Under the pieces are notes generated by a model that was not told the origin of the DNA, ran no database searches, and saw only the letters and a program-made list of their open reading frames with translations. The position numbers and the translations under genes were made by a program. A DNA stretch of 64,000 nucleotides from a virus. Shown one piece after another: positions 57,224 to 64,000 of the stretch; position 1 is the stretch's first letter, and each line of letters opens with the position of its first letter. Location: positions 10,155-74,154 of the IMG/VR virus record IMGVR_UViG_3300028901_000317. The stretch is one strand, 5' to 3'.

Positions 57224-57883
57224 TTGGCTACCGAACCCTCCGATACCCAGCCATCCGAGCCAGAACACCGCCCTCGTGTGGAGTCTGGCAAGAAAGCCCG
57301 GTCCGGCAAGAAGGCCAAGCCTCGCAGCGAGGTGCCGGTTGTTCAATTGGCAAAAGAGATTGCCAACGGCGCGATCCTGGGCGAGTTGCTCCATCCCGAC
57401 GATCGACTGCGCTTGGTCGACCTCTACCGGACGATGGGATACAGCCGCTATCAGATGGCGCAACAACTTGGCATTACTGAACGCACCGTCTACCGCGACT
57501 TGGACTTGCTCACGTCGCAAGGCCGCATCCAGATGGATGTCGAGGCTATCCCCAAGCAGATCGGGGAAGGCTTTCGCGTCTATGAGTTTGTCACCGAACA
57601 GCTGACCGCCATGGTGCACAGTAAAGACACGCCGCAGTCACTGAAGCTCAAAGCGCTTGCAGCACTACGCGAGACCACTGATAACCGCATCGCGGCCGCC
57701 ATCGAGACGAGTCGCTACATCGTGCCGTCTAAGCAAGCCGAACTCGTCGAGAACGCCGACGGGCCGGTCAATCCGCGTGAGCTGCTTGAGGAAGCAGCCC
57801 GCATCTGCAACATCGGGGAACTTGGCGCTGCGCGACCCCAACTTGGCACATCCGCATCATCAACGGACAAAACCGCCCCATGA
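57224..57883 (+). CDS. HTH protein, putative terminase small subunit, copy B
   Basis: Paralog of 9729-10388; same RBS and TTG start; overlaps terL. Confidence 0.6.
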   Translation: MATEPSDTQPSEPEHRPRVESGKKARSGKKAKPRSEVPVVQLAKEIANGAILGELLHPDDRLRLVDLYRTMGYSRYQMAQQLGITERTVYRDLDLLTSQGRIQMDVEAIPKQIGEGFRVYEFVTEQLTAMVHSKDTPQSLKLKALAALRETTDNRIAAAIETSRYIVPSKQAELVENADGPVNPRELLEEAARICNIGELGAARPQLGTSASSTDKTAP

Positions 57884-59592
57884 CCACTTCCATCGCCAGC
57901 CCCGTCGTTCTGCAGCGGTCGATTCGCACCGCGCGCCGCATGACCGGGTCTCGGTCACCGTGGCACTTTGCCAAGCTGTACCTCCCCCACCACCTCAACC
58001 ACGACTTTGGCCGTATGCACCTGGAGGTATTGGACCTGCTGACCCGTACCACCGAGTCACGCGGGGGTCGCATCGCGATCGCTGCGCCGCGTGGGCACGC
58101 CAAGAGCACGCTGGTGTCGCTGGCGTATGTGCTGTGGTGTCTGCTCTACGGCCATGAACGCTTTGTTGTGCTCATCTCGGCCACCAAGGAACTCGCCGCG
58201 TCGCACCTGGCGTCGGTGCGTCGAGAACTCGAAGAGAACGTGCTGTTGCAAGAGGACTTCCCGGCGCTGGCTCCTGCCATCCGCAGGCGCCGCCGCGGCA
58301 AGTGGCGAGCGTCGGACATCGAACTCCCGCTCGTGGATCCGAGCACTGGCCGCGCGGTGTCGGTGCTGGACCGGCAGGCAAGGTCGCCAGTCGCGTCGTC
58401 GGTAACGTCGCCAGCGACACCTTCAGCTGGCGCGCGGGTCGATGTCGCCCGGGTGAACCTCCGTGCTTACGGCGCTGGCCAGCGCATCCGCGGTGTGCGC
58501 AATGGTCCGGTCCGCCCCAGCTTGATCATCGTCGACGATCTGGAAAGCCAAGAACACGTCCAGCACGAGGACAACCGGCGCAAGCTGCGCGAGTGGTTTG
58601 ATCGGACGCTGCTCAAGCTCGGCCAGCCCGATACCAACGTCATCGTCGTCGGCACCGTGCTCCACCGCGACAGTCTCTTGGCCAATCTGGTCGGCGTCGG
58701 CTCCTCCGACGCGCGGCCTGCGCCCGGCTGGACCACGCGGGTCTACAAGGCGATCGAGTCATGGAGCACGCATCCCGAGTTCTGGAAGCAGTGGCAGAGC
58801 CTGTACGCCGGGCTGGACCAGAAAGACCCCAGCGAAGGACCGACGCGGGCCGAAGCGTTCTTCCAAGCCAACAAGGCCGCGATGCTTGAAGGCGTCCGCG
58901 TGCTCTGGCCGGCCCGCGAGAGCTACCAGCATCTCATGATCGAGCGGTTTCGCGAGGGGGAGTCGGCATTCGCCGCCGAGAAGCTCAACGAACCGATCGA
59001 CCCGCAGCTGTGCCTGTTTGCCAAGTGCGAGATTCGCTACTGGGACGACACGCACCCCGATGTCGCGGCGCTGCTTGGGTCACAGCCGGGGCCTTGGCGT
59101 CTCTATGGCGCATGCGACCCAAGCTTGGGGAAGGCCGACGGCGATGACAGCGCGGTGGTGTGCGTCTTGGAGCATCCACGCACGCAGATGCTGTATGTCA
59201 CCGCCGCGGAGATCGGCAAGCGCAATCCCAGCGAACTCGTCGCGCTGATCTTGAGCATCATGCCCGGGTACAACTTCTACGAGTTCGGCGTGGAGGTGAA
59301 CCAGTTCCAAGAACTGCTCGCCCAAGAGCTCGAACAGGCCGCCGAGCGGCAGCGGCCAAATCTCTCGATAAAGCGCGTCCACAGCCACGGTGACAAGGTC
59401 GCACGGATCAAGGGCCTCGAGCCGCTGGTCGCGGCGGGAAGGATTCAGTTCTCCCGCAAGCACACAACGCTGATCGAGCAGTTGAGGGCGTTTCCGACCG
59501 GTCGGCATGACGACGGGCCGGATGCGCTTGAGATGGCGGTGTCGCTCACACTCGGCTACGCAGGTCCGATGACGGTGAGAGGAGTCGTGTAA
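57880..59592 (+). CDS. terL: Phage-type terminase large subunit, copy B
   Basis: APRGHAKST, LIIVDD, GACDPS and HDDGPDA as in copy A. Confidence 0.85.
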   Translation: MTTSIASPVVLQRSIRTARRMTGSRSPWHFAKLYLPHHLNHDFGRMHLEVLDLLTRTTESRGGRIAIAAPRGHAKSTLVSLAYVLWCLLYGHERFVVLISATKELAASHLASVRRELEENVLLQEDFPALAPAIRRRRRGKWRASDIELPLVDPSTGRAVSVLDRQARSPVASSVTSPATPSAGARVDVARVNLRAYGAGQRIRGVRNGPVRPSLIIVDDLESQEHVQHEDNRRKLREWFDRTLLKLGQPDTNVIVVGTVLHRDSLLANLVGVGSSDARPAPGWTTRVYKAIESWSTHPEFWKQWQSLYAGLDQKDPSEGPTRAEAFFQANKAAMLEGVRVLWPARESYQHLMIERFREGESAFAAEKLNEPIDPQLCLFAKCEIRYWDDTHPDVAALLGSQPGPWRLYGACDPSLGKADGDDSAVVCVLEHPRTQMLYVTAAEIGKRNPSELVALILSIMPGYNFYEFGVEVNQFQELLAQELEQAAERQRPNLSIKRVHSHGDKVARIKGLEPLVAAGRIQFSRKHTTLIEQLRAFPTGRHDDGPDALEMAVSLTLGYAGPMTVRGVV

Positions 59593-59742
59593 AATGATCA
59601 ATCGGTGATTCAGATCGACCCCAAGTGGAAGACTTTTGTGTTGACCGTCACACGCGTTTAGAATCGCATTCTCAGCACTCTCGCCTTTTTGCATGATTGC
59701 GGGGACGGAGTCAAGCGGGCTCGAAGCGGAGGGTCAAACGGG

Positions 59743-60798
59743 ATGCAACAGGAATGGTGGGCGCAGGAGCCTTGGTGGAACGATCTAAAGACAGCCCAAT
59801 CGCTGAGTTGCAGTTTGACGGAACTTCAGATCGCGGCTGAACACATGATGCAGCACTTTGACCGTCATTGGTGGGCGACGATCAATACGCAGCATCGCCC
59901 CCACCCCCTGGCTCAAGCTTTGGTGGTCAGAGGATGGGTCGCCGCCCACGCGATCTTGTCAGTCGGTTGGCAGATCCACCAACTCAATAGCTGCGAGGGA
60001 TTCGCAGCAAAGCTCATCGAACTGAAAGAGGGCGATAAGGCCGACAGCGTCCGATTCGAGATGCGGGTCGCCGAACTGCTCGTTCGGAAGGGCTTTCACG
60101 TCACATTTCCGCGTGAGCGAGCCGTCAAGACTCCGGACATTCTGGCCAGTCGAAACAATCGTGTCGTCGCTGTCGAGTGCAAGAGGCTTGGCGAAAGCGG
60201 GGTTGATCAGTGGGCGCGGGGATTAATGGGCTTCACCTCACTCGACCTTCCCGGTCACGGCAATGCGGATGTTGACATCGAGCTTGCCGATGATCTCACG
60301 TTTCTGAGAATGGAAAGATTGGGATGGAATAAAGCACTTTTGGAAGCGCTCCGCGACCAGATGCGTTCGTCGCTGCAGACAGCACTTGAGAATGTAAATC
60401 CGCCCTGTCAAATCTCGATCGACGGCATCGCGCGGGTTTCGATTAAGGCGAGCAACACGGGAATGGGCTCTATCTCGGGTGGACAGCAATGGCCGGCAGC
60501 GGATCTTCGTCGCGTGGTCGAATATGTGTTCACGTCGTGCGAGAAATTTTCGGCAGACACGCCTGGAGTCTTGGCGTTTCAGTGCCAGCTCTCGCCCGGG
60601 GCCGCGTTGCTCAAGGCTATCACCAAAGCCATCGAACGCTCAGCAACCCCATCTGAATTGATTGATCGACTCGGAGGGATTGTGATTCTTCCCATGATGC
60701 CTTCCGGGCCATGGGGAAAGCCGGTTGCAAGCGAATGCTCATGCCACGCGTCCAATCCATTTGTTCGCGGCGTACTCGACGCGCTCACCAACCCATAA
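59743..60798 (+). CDS. Hypothetical PD-(D/E)XK-like protein, copy B
   Basis: KTPDILAS...VAVECKR; start MQQEWW aligned to copy A, GGAGG RBS. Confidence 0.65.
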   Translation: MQQEWWAQEPWWNDLKTAQSLSCSLTELQIAAEHMMQHFDRHWWATINTQHRPHPLAQALVVRGWVAAHAILSVGWQIHQLNSCEGFAAKLIELKEGDKADSVRFEMRVAELLVRKGFHVTFPRERAVKTPDILASRNNRVVAVECKRLGESGVDQWARGLMGFTSLDLPGHGNADVDIELADDLTFLRMERLGWNKALLEALRDQMRSSLQTALENVNPPCQISIDGIARVSIKASNTGMGSISGGQQWPAADLRRVVEYVFTSCEKFSADTPGVLAFQCQLSPGAALLKAITKAIERSATPSELIDRLGGIVILPMMPSGPWGKPVASECSCHASNPFVRGVLDALTNP

Positions 60799-60838
60799 AT
60801 GCCCATCGCGACTCGTTTCGACAAGCCGCTCGTCCACG

Positions 60839-61561
60839 TCACCGGCTCCGCGACTCCAATGCGTCTGGCCCCAGAGCGCTGTCGGGTCGATCCGCTCGCA
60901 CCAGCATTTGACGCGCCCAATCGCGCCAGCGCTCGCTGTCGCCGCGCATCGCGATCGTCTGCAACGCTTCCAGCGTCCGCGCATCCTTCTTCCCGCTCTT
61001 GCATTGCAGCCGCGCAAGCGCTTGTATCGTCTGAATATGGTCCGGCGCGACCTCCAGCGCGGTGCGATACGTGCCGATCGCGTCATCGACATGCCCGGCC
61101 GTCTCCAGCGTGAGCGCGAGGTTCATCCGCGGGTCCGCATGCCCCGGCATCAACTTGCGCGCCCACTCAAACTCGCCCGCCGCTTCATACAACTTCCCCT
61201 GCTTCAAAAAGATCACGCCCAGGTTGTTGTGCGCTGGCCCGTGATACAGATCTTCCGTCAACGCCTCGCGCAACAGCGACTCGGCCTTTGCATCATCTTT
61301 CCCTATCAGCGCGGCCGCCTCCTGCGTCAGTCCCTCAGCCTTGAGCGGGCTCCGCGCCCCTTCAGTAAGCGGCGCGTAAGGGCCTTGATGCGCTGTGCAC
61401 GCTCCGATCCACGACGCGGCACCTATCGCGGCTGCGAGAACGACGCCCCGTGCCACTCGGAGCGTTCGACCTGCCCACACCCCGGCGCGGGACTGACAAG
61501 AGAACACGTCCGTCCCTTGCTGCGTGCTTGAAATGATCTTCGACATTGAGATATCGCTCAT
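60839..61561 (-). CDS. TPR lipoprotein, pilotin-like, copy B
   Basis: Lipobox-like WIGAC; HGPAHNNLGV; paralog of 13514-14257. Confidence 0.75.
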   Translation of the reverse strand: MSDISMSKIISSTQQGTDVFSCQSRAGVWAGRTLRVARGVVLAAAIGAASWIGACTAHQGPYAPLTEGARSPLKAEGLTQEAAALIGKDDAKAESLLREALTEDLYHGPAHNNLGVIFLKQGKLYEAAGEFEWARKLMPGHADPRMNLALTLETAGHVDDAIGTYRTALEVAPDHIQTIQALARLQCKSGKKDARTLEALQTIAMRGDSERWRDWARQMLVRADRPDSALGPDALESRSR

Positions 61562-62064
61562 GGGCGTTCATCCTTCACAAACACGCACGCCATGCTCAGG
61601 CTGGCGCGATATGCGGTGCTCCGGTCCATCGGTGACGCGACGCGAGCAAGATCAATCCGCGACACCGTCCACAATGGCTGCGACTTCTTCCACGCACTCA
61701 GAAACCGTCCCAGCTGCGCCGGCTCCACCGGGTCAAGCGTCACCCGAAACCCCCGCCGCATGTATCCTCCGCTCAGCGCGACATCACCCTCGGCGATCAC
61801 ATCGCGCAGCACGCTTCCACTCAGCCCCGACTGCATCAGCGTGGACGACACCAGCACCGAGCCATCAACCTGCGGCGCACCGACCGCCGCGCTCGCAGGC
61901 ATCGCCACCAGCCGAACAAGTTCAGCAGCCTGCAGTTCCGCCGCGGCTCGTACATCTTCCGCCTCATCACGCTCCGACTGCGCGGCCGCCGCCGACCACC
62001 CACCCCACACGAGCACTCCAATAGAAAGACACAACGCAAGAACCGCACACGCGAGTGACTTCAT
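61558..62064 (-). CDS. GspM/PilO-like protein, copy B
   Basis: TM + GYMRRGFRVTLD...LGRFLSAW...PLWTVSRIDL. Confidence 0.6.
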   Translation of the reverse strand: MKSLACAVLALCLSIGVLVWGGWSAAAAQSERDEAEDVRAAAELQAAELVRLVAMPASAAVGAPQVDGSVLVSSTLMQSGLSGSVLRDVIAEGDVALSGGYMRRGFRVTLDPVEPAQLGRFLSAWKKSQPLWTVSRIDLARVASPMDRSTAYRASLSMACVFVKDERP

Positions 62065-63062
62065 CGAGTGCCTCCCACGCGTGTCAGTTCCATCGGCTTC
62101 GCGGCGCGTCCCGAATCGTTCGACGCAGGCAACGCCTGCCCCAGCGCACGCGACGATCGCGCGGCACGATTCAGCGTCGTCCGAATACTCACGCGACTCC
62201 CTTGCGCTGCCACCTGCGGCTGCTCCGCATCCCAGCCCGACATTCCCTTGAGCGCCTCCGTCAACACGCTCGCCTCGTCAAACGTTGCCACACTGCCCGC
62301 AAGCCGAATCGATGTCTCGCCCACCGCCACCGAATCCATCCGCGTCTCCAGGGCTTTGGGCCATCGGGCGAGCAGCCCGGCCATCGCGATGGCTGCGTCC
62401 GCCGGGCGAGCAGCAGACGCCGGTTCACCCCGCCCGCGCGCGAGTCGGGTGACCACGGCGCTGAGCTGTTCGATCGCATTCGTCTCACCGGTGCTCCCGG
62501 CCTCATCCATATGACCGATCGCTGTCGTGGTGATCGCGTTGCTCGCAATATCCCGTGCAGCCTGGTTCGCCTCAATCGCCGCCCGCCGATCTGTCGATGC
62601 CCTGAGATGCAGCCCAACCGCCACGATCCCGAGCAAGGCCGCGGCGACCCACATCTCACTTGTCCACACCGCTCTGCGCGCACTCCGCACACACGCCGGC
62701 TCATACAAGCCTTCCAGCAGATTCAGCGAGGCGACTGTTTCGGGCGGAACGAGCTCGGCAAGACTTGCCGGCGCCGCGTCCGGCCCCAGCGTGCGTGCCG
62801 AGTCGGGCAGTGATTCAAGGTCGGCGATCGGGACAGCGCACGCCAGCACGCCGCGTTCACCCAAAGACACAAAGACGGCGTGCACCTCCGCCACGTCGAC
62901 CGGCAATTCATCGGCCAGTCGTGATTCAAGCGTGCCGCGCGGCGGCACTGTGCCCACAACACCGATTTCACCAAGCTTCTCCGGAGCGAGCACCACCCAA
63001 TAGAACCGTGACGCGGGCCAGCGGAGATGCAAGGGGCTCGTGATCGTGTCCGGCGTGCTCAT
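62061..63062 (-). CDS. GspL/PilN-like protein, copy B
   Basis: LRWPASRFYWV shared with copy A; PilN-like C-terminus. Confidence 0.62.
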   Translation of the reverse strand: MSTPDTITSPLHLRWPASRFYWVVLAPEKLGEIGVVGTVPPRGTLESRLADELPVDVAEVHAVFVSLGERGVLACAVPIADLESLPDSARTLGPDAAPASLAELVPPETVASLNLLEGLYEPACVRSARRAVWTSEMWVAAALLGIVAVGLHLRASTDRRAAIEANQAARDIASNAITTTAIGHMDEAGSTGETNAIEQLSAVVTRLARGRGEPASAARPADAAIAMAGLLARWPKALETRMDSVAVGETSIRLAGSVATFDEASVLTEALKGMSGWDAEQPQVAAQGSRVSIRTTLNRAARSSRALGQALPASNDSGRAAKPMELTRVGGTR

Positions 63063-63592
63063 CGGGCACCTCCGCCCGAGGGTGGGGTCATCGACGGTTC
63101 ACGGAGCGACAGACGCTCAACGCGGGTGCCATCGACAAACTCGATCGCTTCGTTCGTCAGAGCACGCACGGTAAAGCTGGAGAGCGTCTCACCCTGTCCG
63201 ATCAGAATGACGCGGTCGGTCTCCAGGTCGTACAGCGCGGCACGCAGGGGCGCGTCCTTGCTGCCATCACCGGAAATCCCCAGCAGTTGGAGCTTGAGTG
63301 GCGGAGGCGGCGGAGCAACTGCGATCACATCCTTCACCGCGGGCGCCGGCGGCGGTGTCCACAGCGCCACATCAAAGACCCTCGCATCGATACCAGCAGC
63401 AACACTCGGTTCGATTGGCGTTCCCGAAAGCTCACTCCCCAAGTCCGGAGAACTCAACCCCGAGCGGCGGGCCGACAACCAGATCACCCCTCCGGCCGCG
63501 ATCACGCAGCAGATCACCCCAACGCGGACGATCCGGCGACGCAAGGCGTGCAGCCGTTCGACCGGATCGTGTTGAGAGGTGATCGTTGCCAT
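63059..63592 (-). CDS. GspC/PilP-like protein, copy B
   Basis: TM, PPPPP linker, LKLQLLGISGDG...AALYD. Confidence 0.6.
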   Translation of the reverse strand: MATITSQHDPVERLHALRRRIVRVGVICCVIAAGGVIWLSARRSGLSSPDLGSELSGTPIEPSVAAGIDARVFDVALWTPPPAPAVKDVIAVAPPPPPLKLQLLGISGDGSKDAPLRAALYDLETDRVILIGQGETLSSFTVRALTNEAIEFVDGTRVERLSLREPSMTPPSGGGAR

Positions 63593-63609
63593 TTGGTTTC
63601 GCCGCTCGC

Positions 63610-64000
63610 CTATTCCTCCGTACCGCTGATGACCCGCTCGACTTCGAGCATGGTGGTGACGCCCAGTTCACTCAGCCGTCGACCTTCATCCATCAGCGAA
63701 CGCATTCCCGCGGCGCGGGCCGCTGTCCGCAGGTCAGCCCCCGTCGCACCCCTGACGACCCGATCTCGGAGCCCGTCATCAACGGTGAGCAGTTCAAACA
63801 CTCCAACCCGGCCCGCGAAGCCCGAGTGCAGGCAGACATTGCATCCGCGACCTGCGCATGAAGCATGACAACGTCGGACCAACCGCTGCGCAAGCACCGC
63901 CGACAGCGACGCCGCCACCAGATACGACTCCACGCCCAGGTCCACGAGCCTCGTGAGGGCACCCGCAGCATCATTGGTGTGCAGTGTCGAGAGCACCAAG
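63610..64000 (-). CDS. gspE: GspE/PilB ATPase, 3' part, copy B (starts beyond the window)
   Basis: VLSTLHTNDAAGALTRLVDLGVESYLV...GRVGVFELL. Confidence 0.92.
   Translation of the reverse strand, partial: LVLSTLHTNDAAGALTRLVDLGVESYLVAASLSAVLAQRLVRRCHASCAGRGCNVCLHSGFAGRVGVFELLTVDDGLRDRVVRGATGADLRTAARAAGMRSLMDEGRRLSELGVTTMLEVERVISGTEE

Noticed and set aside
55402-57318. 638-aa antisense ORF over the copy-B methylase, and many similar long shadow ORFs (e.g. 43083-44813, 6942-8019)
   Set aside because: No motifs; expected in high-GC DNA opposite real genes; not conserved in frame in the paralogous copy.

Overview
GC-rich bacterial DNA, probably from a planctomycete (inference from gene content). 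No rRNA or tRNA genes were seen. The window reads as two related integrative elements lying in tandem. Unit A (left) runs: type I R-M (hsdM, hsdS, then an ABC/AAA ATPase cut by the window edge); a hypothetical/QueC-like/XRE-ImmA/PIN operon; ParB-methyltransferase > small HTH > terminase large subunit > PD-(D/E)XK protein; a six-gene reduced type II secretion cluster (secretin, GspE, C-, L- and M-like, TPR lipoprotein) divergent from a 2401-aa signal-peptide-bearing RHS toxin and its immunity gene; then HNH, DUF3800, pseudogene scars and a frameshifted DDE integrase. Unit B (right) runs: inverted-repeat cluster; serine recombinase < DUF2924 < winged-HTH; a 3' scar of hsdR; a complete type I-C CRISPR-Cas locus (129 repeats and 128 spacers by manual count); then a second, diverged copy of the methylase-terminase-nuclease-secretion block that runs off the window. 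The most interesting points are the repeated capsid-less terminase + minimal T2SS + RHS architecture, an apparently swappable defence slot (R-M in A, CRISPR in B), and an RHS tip whose predicted autocleavage would expose the N-terminal Trp of a P1-nuclease/phospholipase-C-type zinc site. All assignments are by eye from motifs; no database search was run.
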